64,000 bases of DNA from Bugula neritina. Its lineage: Eukaryota > Animalia > Bryozoa. A program made the translations under genes and the position numbers. The DNA is taken from the NCBI GenBank assembly GCA_964035545.1, contig OZ037766.1, forward strand, positions 14,622,722-14,686,721, written 5' to 3'. Shown here piece by piece: positions 35,001 to 50,000 of the stretch (the first letter of the stretch is position 1; each line of letters opens with the position of its first letter). Under the pieces are notes generated by a model. That model was given only the letters and a program-made list of their open reading frames with translations, had not been told where the DNA came from and ran no database searches.

Positions 35001-38000
35001 TATAATGTTAAACAATAATTTTAATAGCTTTTATGAATACTGTGGCAGCAGCTTTTTGGTTTAATGATTAAAATGAAAACTTTTCTGTAAAACATTTTTT
35101 GTGAAATAGGTTTGGCAATAGATTGGAGACTAAATTAACTATTTTTCTATGGCATGAGTCAAAGCAACTAAAGAAGTGAATGAAGGAAGTTAGTTGTACT
35201 CACTTCATTCATAGAAAAGCCAATTGCAATTGCTCCTAGGAGAATTGGGAATTGTACCCTAGGAGAAATGCTGATTGCAATCTTCCTTAGGAGAAATGCC
35301 AATTTGCAAAAACAGTTAGAGTATAAAGTTAAACAATAATTTTAATAGCTTTTATGAATACTGTGACAGCAGCTTTTTTGTTTAATGATTAAAATGAAAA
35401 CTTTTCTGTGAAACATGTTTTGTGAAATGGGTTTGGCAATAGATTGGTGACTAAATTAACTATTTTTCTATGGCATGAGTCAAAGCAGCCAAAGAAGTGA
35501 ATGAAGCAAGTAAGTTGTACTCACTTCATTCAGAGAAAAGCCAATTGCAATTGCTCCTAGGAGAATTGGGAATTGTACTAGGGGGATTCACAATCTCCCT
35601 AGCAATAAGGTCAAAAGGTCTTAGGAGAGATGCCAATTGGCATCTCCCCTAGGAGGAATGCTGATTGCAATCCTCCCTAGGAGAAATGCCAATTTGCAAA
35701 AATAGTTAGAGTATAATGTTAAACAATTATTTTAATAGCTTTTATGAATACTGTGACAGCAGCTTTTTGGTTTAATGATTAAAATGAAAACTTTTCTGTA
35801 AAACAATTTTTGTGAAATGGGTTTGGCAATAGATTGGTGACTATATTAACTATTTTTCTATGGCATGAGTCAAAGCAGCTAAAAAAGTGAATGAAGCAAG
35901 TTAGTTGTACCCACTTCATTCATAGAAAAGCCAATTGCAATTGCTCCTAGGAGAATTGGGAATTGTACCCTAGGAGAAAGTCTAATTGCAATCTTCCCTA
36001 GGAGAAATGCCAAATTGCAAAAACAGTTAGAGTATAATGTTAAACAATAATTTTAATAGCTTTTATGAATACTGTGACAGCAGCTTTTTGGTTTAATGAT
36101 TAAAATGAAAACTTTTCTGTAAAACATTTTTTGTTAAATAGGTTTGGCAATAGATTGGAGACTAAATTAACTATTTTTCTATGGCATGAGTCAAAGCAAC
36201 TAAAGAAGTGAATGAAGCAAGTTAGTTGTACTCACTTCATTCATAGAAAAGCCAATTGCAATTGCTCCTAGGAGAATTGGGAATTGTACCCTAGGAGAAA
36301 TGCTGATTGCAATCTTCCTTAGGAGAAATGCCAATTTGCAAAAACAGTTAGAGTATAAAGTTAAACAATAATTTTAATAGCTTTTATGAATACTGTGACA
36401 GCAGCTTTTTTGTTTAATGATTAAAATGAAAACTTTTCTGTGAAACATGTTTTGTGAAATGGGTTTGGCAATAGATTGGTGACTAAATTAACTATTTTTC
36501 TATGGCATGAGTCAAAGCAGCCAAAGAAGTGAATGAAGCAAGTAAGTTGTACTCACTTCATTCAGAGAAAAGCCAATTGCAATTGCTCCTAGGAGAATTG
36601 GGAATTGTACTAGGGGGATTCACAATCTCCCTAGCAATAAGGTCAAAAGGTCTTAGGAGAGATGCCAATTGGCATCTCCCCTAGGAGAAATGCTGATTGC
36701 AATCCTCCCTAGGAGAAATGCCAATTTGCAAAAACAGTTAGAGTATAATGTTAAACAATAATTTTAATAGCTTTTATGAATACTGTGGCAGCAGCTTTTT
36801 GGTTTAATGATTAAAATGAAAACTTTTCTGTAAAACATTTTTTGTTAAATAGGTTTGGCAATAGATTGGAGACTAAATTAACTATTTTTCTATGGCATGA
36901 GTCAAAGCAGCTAAAAAAGTGAATGAAGCAAGTTAGTTGTACCCACTTCATTCATAGAAAAGCCAATTGCAATTGCTCCTAGGAGAATTGGGAATTGTAC
37001 CCTAGGAGAAAGTCTAATTGCAATCTTCCCTAGGAGAAATGCCAAATTGCAAAAACAGTTAGAGTATAATGTTAAACAATAATTTTAATAGCTTTTATGA
37101 ATACTGTGACAGCAGCTTTTTGGTTTAATGATTAAAATGAAATCTTTTCTGTAAAACAATTTTTTGTGAAATGGGTTTGGCAATAGATTGGTGACTAAAT
37201 TAACTATTTTTCTATGGCATGAGTCAAAGCAGCTAAAGAAGTGAATGAAGCAAGTTAGTTGTACTCACTTCATTCATAGAAAAGCCAATTGCAATTGCTC
37301 CTAGGAGAATTGGGAATTGTACCCTAGGAGAAATGCTGATTGCAATCTTCCTTAGGAGAAATGCCAATTTGCAAAAACAGTTAGAGTATAATGTTAAACA
37401 ATAATTTTAATAGCTTTTATGAATACTGTGGCAGCAGCTTTTTGGTTTAATGATTAAAATGAAAACTTTTCTGTAAAACATTTTTTGTTAAATAGGTTTG
37501 GCAATAGATTGGAGACTAAATTAACTATTTTTCTATGGCATGAGTCAAAGCAACTAAAGAAGTGAATGAAGCAAGTTAGTTGTACTCACTTCATTCATAG
37601 AAAAGCCAATTGCAATTGCTCCTAGGAGAATTGGGAATTGTACCCTAGGAGAAATGCTGCTTGCAATCTTCCTTAGGAGAAATGCCAATTTGCAAAAACA
37701 GTTAGAGTATAAAGTTAAACAATAATTTTAATAGCTTTTATGAATACTGTGACAGCAGCTTTTTTGTTTAATGATTAAAATGAAAACTTTTCTGTGAAAC
37801 ATGTTTTGTGAAATGGGTTTGGCAATAGATTGGTGACTAAATTAACTATTTTTCTATGGCATGAGTCAAAGCAGCCAAAGAAGTGAATGAAGCAAGTAAG
37901 TTGTACTCACTTCATTCAGAGAAAAGCCAATTGCAATTGCTCCTAGGAGAATTGGGAATTGTACTAGGGGGATTCACAATCTCCCTAGCAATAAGGTCAA

Positions 38001-41000
38001 AAGGTCTTAGGAGAGATGCCAATTGGCATCTCCCCTAGGAGAAATGCTGATTGCAATCCTCCCTAGGAGAAATGCCAATTTGCAAAAATAGTTAGAGTAT
38101 AATGTTAAACAATTATTTTAATAGCTTTTATGAATACTGTGACAGCAGCTTTTTGGTTTAATGATTAAAATGAAAACTTTTCTGTAAAACATTTTTTGTG
38201 AAATGGGTTTGGCAATAGATTGGTGACTATATTAACTATTTTTCTATGGCATGAGTCAAAGCAGCTAAAAAAGTGAATGAAGCAAGTTAGTTGTACCCAC
38301 TTCATTCATAGAAAAGCCAATTGCAATTGCTCCTAGGAGAATTGGGAATTGTACCCTAGGAGAAAGTCTAATTGCAATCTTCCCTAGGAGAAATGCCAAT
38401 TTGCAAAAACAGTTAGAGTATAATGTTAAACAATAATTTTAATAGCTTTTATGAATACTGTGACAGAAGCTTTTTGGTTTAATGATTAAAATGAAAACTT
38501 TTCTGTAAAACAATTTTTTGTGAAATGGGTTTGGCAATAGATTGGTGACTAAATTAACTATTTTTCTATGGCATGAGTCAAAGCAGCTAAAGAAGTGAAT
38601 GAAGCAAGTTAGTTGTACTCACTTCATTCATAGAAAAGCCAATTGCAATTGCTCCTAGGAGAATTGGGAATTGTACGCTAGGAGAAATGCTGATTGCAAT
38701 CTTCCCTAGGAGAAATGCCAATTTGCAAAAACAGTTAGAGTATAATGTTAAACAATAATTTTAATAGCTTTTATGAATACTGTGATGGCAGCTTTTTGGT
38801 TTAATGATTAAAATGAAAACTTTTCTGTGAAACATGTTTTGTGAAATGGGTTTGGCAATAGATTGGTGACTAAATTAACTATTTTTCTATGGCATGAGTC
38901 AAAGCAGCTAAAGAAGTGAATGAAGCAAGTAAGTTGTACTCAGTTCATTCAGAGAAAAGCCAATCGCAATTGCTCCTAGGAGAATTGGGAACTGTACTAG
39001 GGGGATTCGCAATCTCCCTAGCAATAAGGTCAAAAGGTCTTAGGAGAGATGCCAATTGGCATCTCCCCTAGGAGAAATGCTGATTGCAATCCTCCCTAGG
39101 AGAAATGCCAATTTGCAAAAATAGTTAGAGTATAATGTTAAACAATTATTTTAATAGCTTTTATGAATACTGTGGCAGCATCTTTTTGGTTTAATGATTA
39201 AAATGAAAACTTTTCTGTAAAACATTTTTTGTGAAATGGGTTTGGCAATAGATTGGTGACTAAATTAACTATTTTTCTATGGCATGATTCAAAACAGCTA
39301 AAGAAGTGAATGAAGCAAATTAGTTGTACTCACTTCATTCATAGAAAAGCCAATTGCAATTGCTCCTAGGAGAATTGGGAATTGTACCCTAGGAGAAAGT
39401 CTAATTGCAATCTTCCCTAGGAGAAATGCCACTTTGCAAAAACAGTTAGAGTATAATGTTAAACAATAATTCTAATAGCTTTTATGAATACTGTGACAGC
39501 AGCTTTTTGGTTTAATGATTAAAATGAAAACTTTTCTGTAAAACATTTTTTGTGAAATAGGTTTGGCAATAGATTGGTGACTAAATTAACTATATTTTTA
39601 TGGCATGAGTCAAAGCAGCTAAAGAAGTGAATGAAGCAAGATAGTTGTACTCACTTCATTCATAGAAAAGCCAATTGCAATTGCTCCTAGGAGAATTGGG
39701 AATTGTACCCTAGGAGAAATGCTGATTGCAATCTTCCTTAGGAGACATGCCAATTTGCAAAAACAGTTAGAATATAATGTAAAACAATAATTTTAATAGC
39801 TTTTATGAATACTGTGACAGCAGCTTTTTGGTTTAATGATTAAAATGAAAACTTTTCTGTAAAACATTTTTTGTGAAATGGGTTTGGCAATAGATTGGTG
39901 ACTATATTAACTATTTTTCTATGGCATGAGTCAAAGCAGCTAAAAAAGTGAATGAAGCAAGTTGGTTGTACCCACTTCATTCATAGAAAAGCCAATTGCA
40001 ATTGCTCCTAGGAGAATTGGGAATTGTACCCTAGGAGAAAGTCTAATTGCAATCTTCCCTAGGAGAAATGCCAAATTGCAAAAACAGTTAGAGTATAATG
40101 TTAAACAATAATTTTAATAGCTTTTATGAATACTGTGACAGCAGCTTTTTGGTTTAATGATTAAAATGAAAACTTTTCTGTAAAACATTTTTTGTGAAAT
40201 AGGTTTGGCAATAGATTGGAGACTAAATTAACTATTTTTCTATGGCATGAGTCAAAGCAGCTAAAGAAGTGAATGAAGCAAGTTAGTTGTACTCACTTCA
40301 TTCATAGAAAAGCCAATTGCAATTGCTCCTAGGAGAATTGGGAATTGTACCCTAGGAGAAATGCTGATTGCAATCTTCCTTAGGAGAAATGCCAATTTGC
40401 AAAAACAGTTAGAGTATAATGTTAAACAATAATTTTAATAGCTTTTATGAATACTGTGACAGCAGCTTTTTTGTTTAATGATTAAAATGAAAACTTTTCT
40501 GTGAAACATGTTTTGTGAAATGGGTTTGGCAATAGATTGGTGACTAAATTAACTATTTTTCTATGGCATGAGTCAAAGCAGCTAAAGAAGTGAATGAAGC
40601 AAGTAAGTTGTACTCACTTCATTCAGAGAAAAGCCAATCGCAATTGCTCCTAGGAGAATTGGGAATTGCACTATTGGGATTCGCAATCTCCCTAGCAATA
40701 AGGTCGAAAGGCCTTAGGAGAGATGCCAATTGGCATCTCCCCTAGGAGAAATGCTGATTGCAATCCTCCCTAGGAGAAATGCCAATTTGCAAAAACAGTT
40801 AGAGTATAATGTTAAACAATAATTTTAATAGCTTTTATGAATACTGTGGCAGCAGCTTTTTGGTTTAATGATTAAAATGAAAACTTTTCTGTAAAACTTT
40901 TTTTGTTAAATAGGTTTGGCAATAGATTGGAGACTAAATTAACTATTTTTCTATGGCATGAGTCAAAGCAACTAAAGAAGTGAATGAAGCAAGTTAGTTG

Positions 41001-44000
41001 TACTCACTTCATTCATAGAAAAGCCAATTGCAATTGCTCCTAGGAGAATTGGGAATTGTACCCTAGGAGAAATGCTGATTGCAATCTTCCTTAGGAGAAA
41101 TGCCAATTTGCAAAAACAGTTAGAGTATAAAGTTAAACAAGAATTTTAATAGCTTTCATGAATACTGTGACAGCAGCTTTTTTGTTTAATGATTAAAATG
41201 AAAACTTTTCTGTGAAACATGTTTTGTGAAATGGGTTTGGCAATAGATTGGTGACTAAATTAACTATTTTTCTATGGCATGAGTCAAAGCAGCCAAAGAA
41301 GTGAATGAAGCAAGTAAGTTGTACTCACTTCATTCAGAGAAAAGCCAATTGCAATTGCTCCTAGGAGAATTGGGAATTGTACCCTAGGAGAAAGTCTAAT
41401 TGCAATCTTCCCTAGGAGAAATGCCACTTTGCAAAAACAGTTAGAGTATAATGTTAAACAATAATTCTAATAGCTTTTATGAATACTGTGACAGCAGCTT
41501 TTTGGTTTAATGATTAAAATGAAAACTTTTCTGTAAAACATTTTTTGTGAAATAGGTTTGGCAATAGATTGGTGACTAAATTAACTATATTTTTATGGCA
41601 TGAGTCAAAGCAGCTAAAGAAGTGAATGAAGCAAGATAGTTGTACTCACTTCATTCATAGAAAAGCCAATTGCAATTGCTCCTAGGAGAATTGGGAATTG
41701 TACCCTAGGAGAAATGCTGATTGCAATCTTCCTTAGGAGACATGCCAATTTGCAAAAACAGTTAGAATATAATGTAAAACAATAATTTTAATAGCTTTTA
41801 TGAATACTGTGACAGCAGCTTTTTGGTTTAATGATTAAAATGAAAACTTTTCTGTAAAACATTTTTTGTGAAATGGGTTTGGCAATAGATTGGTGACTAT
41901 ATTAACTATTTTTCTATGGCATGAGTCAAAGCAGCTAAAAAAGTGAATGAAGCAAGTTGGTTGTACCCACTTCATTCATAGAAAAGCCAATTGCAATTGC
42001 TCCTAGGAGAATTGGGAATTGTACCCTAGGAGAAAGTCTAATTGCAATCTTCCCTAGGAGAAATGCCAAATTGCAAAAACAGTTAGAGTATAATGTTAAA
42101 CAATAATTTTAATAGCTTTTATGAATACTGTGACAGCAGCTTTTTGGTTTAATGATTAAAATGAAAACTTTTCTGTAAAACATTTTTTGTGAAATAGGTT
42201 TGGCAATAGATTGGAGACTAAATTAACTATTTTTCTATGGCATGAGTCAAAGCAGCTAAAGAAGTGAATGAAGCAAGTTAGTTGTACTCACTTCATTCAT
42301 AGAAAAGCCAATTGCAATTGCTCCTAGGAGAATTGGGAATTGTACCCTAGGAGAAATGCTGATTGCAATCTTCCTTAGGAGAAATGCCAATTTGCAAAAA
42401 CAGTTAGAGTATAATGTTAAACAATAATTTTAATAGCTTTTATGAATACTGTGACAGCAGCTTTTTTGTTTAATGATTAAAATGAAAACTTTTCTGTGAA
42501 ACATGTTTTGTGAAATGGGTTTGGCAATAGATTGGTGACTAAATTAACTATTTTTCTATGGCATGAGTCAAAGCAGCTAAAGAAGTGAATGAAGCAAGTA
42601 AGTTGTACTCACTTCATTCAGAGAAAAGCCAATCGCAATTGCTCCTAGGAGAATTGGGAATTGCACTATTGGGATTCGCAATCTCCCTAGCAATAAGGTC
42701 GAAAGGCCTTAGGAGAGATGCCAATTGGCATCTCCCCTAGGAGAAATGCTGATTGCAATCCTCCCTAGGAGAAATGCCAATTTGCAAAAACAGTTAGAGT
42801 ATAATGTTAAACAATAATTTTAATAGCTTTTATGAATACTGTGGCAGCAGCTTTTTGGTTTAATGATTAAAATGAAAACTTTTCTGTAAAACTTTTTTTG
42901 TTAAATAGGTTTGGCAATAGATTGGAGACTAAATTAACTATTTTTCTATGGCATGAGTCAAAGCAACTAAAGAAGTGAATGAAGCAAGTTAGTTGTACTC
43001 ACTTCATTCATAGAAAAGCCAATTGCAATTGCTCCTAGGAGAATTGGGAATTGTACCCTAGGAGAAATGCTGATTGCAATCTTCCTTAGGAGAAATGCCA
43101 ATTTGCAAAAACAGTTAGAGTATAAAGTTAAACAAGAATTTTAATAGCTTTCATGAATACTGTGACAGCAGCTTTTTTGTTTAATGATTAAAATGAAAAC
43201 TTTTCTGTGAAACATGTTTTGTGAAATGGGTTTGGCAATAGATTGGTGACTAAATTAACTATTTTTCTATGGCATGAGTCAAAGCAGCCAAAGAAGTGAA
43301 TGAAGCAAGTAAGTTGTACTCACTTCATTCAGAGAAAAGCCAATTGCAATTGCTCCTAGGAGAATTGGGAATTGTACCCTAGGAGAAAGTCTAATTGCAA
43401 TCTTCCCTAGGAGAAATGCCACTTTGCAAAAACAGTTAGAGTATAATGTTAAACAATAATTCTAATAGCTTTTATGAATACTGTGACAGCAGCTTTTTGG
43501 TTTAATGATTAAAATGAAAACTTTTCTGTAAAACATTTTTTGTGAAATAGGTTTGGCAATAGATTGGTGACTAAATTAACTATATTTTTATGGCATGAGT
43601 CAAAGCAGCTAAAGAAGTGAATGAAGCAAGATAGTTGTACTCACTTCATTCATAGAAAAGCCAATTGCAATTGCTCCTAGGAGAATTGGGAATTGTACCC
43701 TAGGAGAAATGCTGATTGCAATCTTCCTTAGGAGACATGCCAATTTGCAAAAACAGTTAGAATATAATGTAAAACAATAATTTTAATAGCTTTTATGAAT
43801 ACTGTGACAGCAGCTTTTTGGTTTAATGATTAAAATGAAAACTTTTCTGTAAAACATTTTTTGTGAAATGGGTTTGGCAATAGATTGGTGACTATATTAA
43901 CTATTTTTCTATGGCATGAGTCAAAGCAGCTAAAAAAGTGAATGAAGCAAGTTGGTTGTACCCACTTCATTCATAGAAAAGCCAATTGCAATTGCTCCTA

Positions 44001-47000
44001 GGAGAATTGGGAATTGTACCCTAGGAGAAAGTCTAATTGCAATCTTCCCTAGGAGAAATGCCAATTTGCAAAAACAGTTAGAGTATAATGTTAAACAATA
44101 ATTTTAATAGCTTTTATGAATACTGTGGCAGCAGCTTTTTGGTTTAATGATTAAAATGAAAACTTTTCTGTAAAACATTTTTTGTGAAATAGGTTTGGCA
44201 ATAGATTGGAGACTAAATTAACTATTTTTCTATGGCATGAGTCAAAGCAGGTAAAGAAGTGAATGAAGCAAGTTAGTTGTACTCACTTCATTCATAGAAA
44301 AGCCAATTGCACATGCTCCTAGGAGAATTGGGAATTGTACCCTAGGAGAAATGCTGATTGCAATCTTCCTTAGGAGAAATGCCAATTTGCAAAAACAGTT
44401 AGAGTATAATGTTAAACAATAATTTTAATAGCTTTTATGAATACTGTGACAGCAGCTTTTTTGTTTAATGATTAAAATGAAAACTTTTCTGTGAAACATG
44501 TTTTGTGAAATGGGTTTGGCAATAGATTGGTGACTAAATTAACTATTTTTCTATCGCATGAGTCAAAGCAGCTGAAGAAGTGAATGACGCAAGTAAGTTG
44601 TACTCAGTTCATTCAGAGAAAAGCCAATTGCAATTGCTCCTAGGAGAATTTGGAATTGTACTAGGGGGATTCGCAATCTCCCTAGCAATAAGGTCAAAAG
44701 GTCTTAGGAGAGATGCCAATTGGCATCTCCCCTAGGAGAAATGCTGATTGCAATCCTCCCAAGGAGAAATGCCAATTTGCAATAATAGTTAGAGTATAAT
44801 GTTAAACAATTGTTTTAATAGCTTTTATGAATACTGTGGCAGCAGCTTTTTGGTTTAATGATTAAAATGAAAACTTTTCTGTAAAACATTTTTTGTGAAA
44901 TGGGTTTGGCAATAGATTGGTGACTATATTAACTATTTTTCTATGGCATGAGTCAAAGCAGCTAAAGAAGTGAATGAAGCAAGTTAGTTGTACCCACTTC
45001 ATTCATAGAAAAGCCAATTGCAATTGCTCCTAGGAGAATTGGGAATTGTACCCTAGGAGAAAGTCTAATTTCAATCTTCCCTAGGAGAAATGCCAAATTG
45101 CAAAAACAGTTAGAGTATAATGTTAAACAATAATTTTAATAGCTTTTATGAATACTGTGACAGCAGCTTTTTGGTTTAATGATTAAAATGAAAACTTTTC
45201 TGTAAAACAATTTTTTGTGAAATGGGTTTGGCAATAGATTGGTGACTAAATTAACTATTTTTCTATGGCATGAGTCAAAGCGGCTAAAGAAGTGAATGAA
45301 GCAAGTTAGTTGTATTCAGTTCATTCAGAGAAAAGCCAATTGCAATTGCTCCTAGGAGAATTGGGAATTGTACTAGGGGGATTCACAATCTCCCTAGCAA
45401 TAAGGTCAAAAGGTCTTAGGAGAGATGCCAATTGGCATCTCCCCTAGAAGGAATGCTGATTGCAATCCTCCCTAGGAGAAATGCCAATTTGCAAAAATAG
45501 TTAGAGTATAATGTTAAACAATTATTTTAATAGCTTTTATGAATACTGTGACAGCAGCTTTTTGGTTTAATGATTGAAATGAAAACTTTTCTGTAAAACA
45601 TTTTTTGTGAAATGGGTTTGGCAATAGATTGGTGACTATACTAACCATTTTTCTATGGCATGAGTCAAAGCAGCTAAAAAAGTGAATGAAGCAAGTTAGT
45701 TGTACCCACTTCATTCATAGAAAAGCCAATTGCAATTGCTCCTAGGAGAATTGGGAATTGTACCCTAGGAGAAAGTCTAATTGCAATCTTCCCTAGGAGA
45801 AATGCCAAATTGCAAAAACAGTTAGAGTATAATGTTAAACAATAATTTTAATAGCTTTTATGAATACTGTGACAGCAGCTTTTTGGTTTAATGATTAAAA
45901 TGAAATCTTTTCTGTAAAACAATTTTTTGTGAAATGGGTTTGGCAATAGATTGGTGACTAAATTAACTATTTTTCTATGGCATGAGTCAAAGCAGCTAAA
46001 GAAGTGAATGAAGCAAGTTAGTTGTACTCACTTCATTCATAGAAAAGCCAATTGCAATTGCTCCTAGGAGAATTGGGAATTGTACCCTAGGAGAAATGCT
46101 GATTGCATTCTTCCTTAGGAGAAATGCCAATTTGCAAAAACAGTTAGAGTATAATGTTAAACAATAATTTTAATAGCTTTTATGAATACTGTGGCAGCAG
46201 CTTTTTGGTTTAATGATTAAAATGAAAACTTTTCTGTAAAACATTTTTTGTTAAATAGGTTTGGCAATAGATTGGAGACTAAATTAACTATTTTTCTATG
46301 GCATGAGTCAAAGCAACTAAAGAAGTGAATGAAGCAAGTTAGTTGTACTCACTTCATTCATAGAAAAGCCAATTGCAATTGCTCCTAGGAGAATTGGGAA
46401 TTGTACCCTAGGAGAAATGCTGCTTGCAATCTTCCTTAGGAGAAATGCCAATTTGCAAAAACAGTTAGAGTATAAAGTTAAACAATAATTTTAATAGCTT
46501 TTATGAATACTGTGACAGCAGCTTTTTTGTTTAATGATTAAAATGAAAACTTTTCTGTGAAACATGTTTTGTGAAATGGGTTTGGCAATAGATTGGTGAC
46601 TAAATTAACTATTTTTCTATGGCATGAGTCAAAGCAGCCAAAGAAGTGAATGAAGCAAGTAAGTTGTACTCACTTCATTCAGAGAAAAGCCAATTGCAAT
46701 TGCTCCTAGGAGAATTGGGAATTGTACTAGGGGGATTCACAATCTCCCTAGCAATAAGGTCAAAAGGTCTTAGGAGAGATGCCAATTGGCATCTCCCCTA
46801 GGAGAAATGCTGATTGCAATCCTCCCTAGGAGAAATGCCAATTTGCAAAAATAGTTAGAGTATAATGTTAAACAATTATTTTAATAGCTTTTATGAATAC
46901 TGTGACAGCAGCTTTTTGGTTTAATGATTAAAATGCAAACTTTTCTGTAAAACATTTTTTGTGAAATGGGTTTGGCAATAGATTGGTGACTATATTAACT

Positions 47001-50000
47001 ATTTTTCTATGGCATGAGTCAAAGCAGCTAAAAAAGTGAATGAAGCAAGTTAGTTGTACCCACTTCATTCATAGAAAAGCCAATTGCAATTGCTCCTAGG
47101 AGAATTGGGAATTGTACCCTAGGAGAAAGTCTAATTGCAATCTTCCCTAGGAGAAACGCCAAATTGCAAAAACAGTTAGAGTATAATGTTAAACAATAAT
47201 TTTAATAGCTTTTATGAATACTGTGACAGAAGCTTTTTGGTTTAATGATTAAAATGAAAACTTTTCTGTAAAACAATTTTTTGTGAAATGGGTTTGGCAA
47301 TAGATTGGTGACTAAATTAACTATTTTTCTATGGCATGAGTCAAAGCAGCTAAAGAAGTGAATGAAGCAAGTTAGTTGTACTCACTTCATTCATAGAAAA
47401 GCCAATTGCAATTGCTCCTAGGAGAATTGGGAATTGTACGCTAGGAGAAATGCTGATTGCAATCTTCCCTAGGAGAAATGCCAATTTGCAAAAACAGTTA
47501 GAGTATAATGTTAAACAATAATTTTAATAGCTTTTATGAATACTGTGATGGCAGCTTTTTGGTTTAATGATTAAAATGAAAACTTTTCTGTGAAACATGT
47601 TTTGTGAAATGGGTTTGGCAATAGATTGGTGACTAAATTAACTATTTTTCTATGGCATGAGTCAAAGCAGCTAAAGAAGTGAATGAAGCAAGTAAGTTGT
47701 ACTCACTTCATTCAGAGAAAAGCCAATTGCAATTGCTCCTAGGAGAATTGGGAATTGTACTAGGGGGATTCACAATCTCCCTAGCAATAAGGTCAAAAGG
47801 TCTTAGGAGAGATGCCAATTGGCATCTCCCCTAGGAGAAATGCTGATTGCAATCCTCCCTAGGAGAAATGCCAATTTGCAAAAATAGTTAGAGTATAATG
47901 TTAAACAATTATTTTAATAGCTTTTATGAATACTGTGACAGCAGCTTTTTGGTTTAATGATTAAAATGAAAACTTTTCTGTAAAACATTTTTTGTGAAAT
48001 GGGTTTGGCAATAGATTGGTGACTATATTAACTATTTTTCTATGGCATGAGTCAAAGCAGCTAAAAAAGTGAATGAAGCAAGTTAGTTGTACCCACTTCA
48101 TTCATAGAAAAGCCAATTGCAATTGCTCCTAGGAGAATTGGGAATTGTACCCTAGGAGAAAGTCTAATTGCAATCTTCCCTAGGAGAAATGCCAAATTGC
48201 AAAAACAGTTAGAGTATAATGTTAAACAATAATTTTAATAGCTTTTATGAATACTGTGACAGAAGCTTTTTGGTTTAATGATTAAAATGAAAACTTTTCT
48301 GTAAAACAATTTTTTGTGAAATGGGTTTGGCAATAGATTGGTGACTAAATTAACTATTTTTCTATGGCATGAGTCAAAGCAGCTAAAGAAGTGAATGAAG
48401 CAAGTTAGTTGTACTCACTTCATTCATAGAAAAGCCAATTGCAATTGCTCCTAGGAGAATTGGGAATTGTACGCTAGGAGAAATGCTGATTGCAATCTTC
48501 CCTAGGAGAAATGCCAATTTGCAAAAACAGTTAGAGTATAATGTTAAACAATAATTTTAATAGCTTTTATGAATACTGTGATGGCAGCTTTTTGGTTTAA
48601 TGATTAAAATGAAAACTTTTCTGTGAAACATGTTTTGTGAAATGGGTTTGGCAATAGATTGGTGACTAAATTAACTATTTTTCTATGGCATGAGTCAAAG
48701 CAGCTAAAGAAGTGAATGAAGCAAGTAAGTTGTACTCAGTTCATTCAGAGAAAAGCCAATCGCAATTGCTCCTAGGAGAATTGGGAACTGTACTAGGGGG
48801 ATTCGCAATCTCCCTAGCAATAAGGTCAAAAGGTCTTAGGAGAGATGCCAATTGGCATCTCCCCTAGGAGAAATGCTGATTGCAATCCTCCCTAGGAGAA
48901 ATGCCAATTTGCAAAAATAGTTAGAGTATAATGTTAAACAATTATTTTAATAGCTTTTATGAATACTGTGGCAGCATCTTTTTGGTTTAATGATTAAAAT
49001 GAAAACTTTTCTGTAAAACATTTTTTGTGAAATGGGTTTGGCAATAGATTGGTGACTAAATTAACTATTTTTCTATGGCATGAGTCAAAACAGCTAAAGA
49101 AGTGAATGAAGCAAATTAGTTGTACTCACTTCATTCATAGAAAAGCCAATTGCAATTGCTCCTAGGAGAATTGGGAATTGTACCCTAGGAGAAAGTCTAA
49201 TTGCAATCTTCCCTAGGAGAAATGCCACTTTGCAAAAACAGTTAGAGTATAATGTTAAACAATAATTCTAATAGCTTTTATGAATACTGTGACAGCAGCT
49301 TTTTGGTTTAATGATTAAAATGAAAACTTTTCTGTAAAACATTTTTTGTGAAATAGGTTTGGCAATAGATTGGTGACTAAATTAACTATATTTTTATGGC
49401 ATGAGTCAAAGCAGCTAAAGAAGTGAATGAAGCAAGATAGTTGTACTCACTTCATTCATAGAAAAGCCAATTGCAATTGCTCCTAGGAGAATTGGGAATT
49501 GTACCCTAAGAGAAATGCTGATTGCAATCTTCCTTAGGAGACATGCCAATTTGCAAAAACAGTTAGAATATAATGTAAAACAATAATTTTAATAGCTTTT
49601 ATGAATACTGTGACAGCAGCTTTTTGGTTTAATGATTAAAATGAAAACTTTTCTGTAAAACATTTTTTGTGAAATGGGTTTGGCAATAGATTGGTGACTA
49701 TATTAACTATTTTTCTATGGCATGAGTCAAAGCAGCTAAAAAAGTGAATGAAGCAAGTTGGTTGTACCCACTTCATTCATAGAAAAGCCAATTGCAATTG
49801 CTCCTAGGAGAATTGGGAATTGTACCCTAGGAGAAAGTCTAATTGCAATCTTCCCTAGGAGAAATGCCAAATTGCAAAAACAGTTAGAGTATAATGTTAA
49901 ACAATAATTTTAATAGCTTTTATGAATACTGTGACAGCAGCTTTTTGGTTTAATGATTAAAATGAAAACTTTTCTGTAAAACATTTTTTGTGAAATAGGT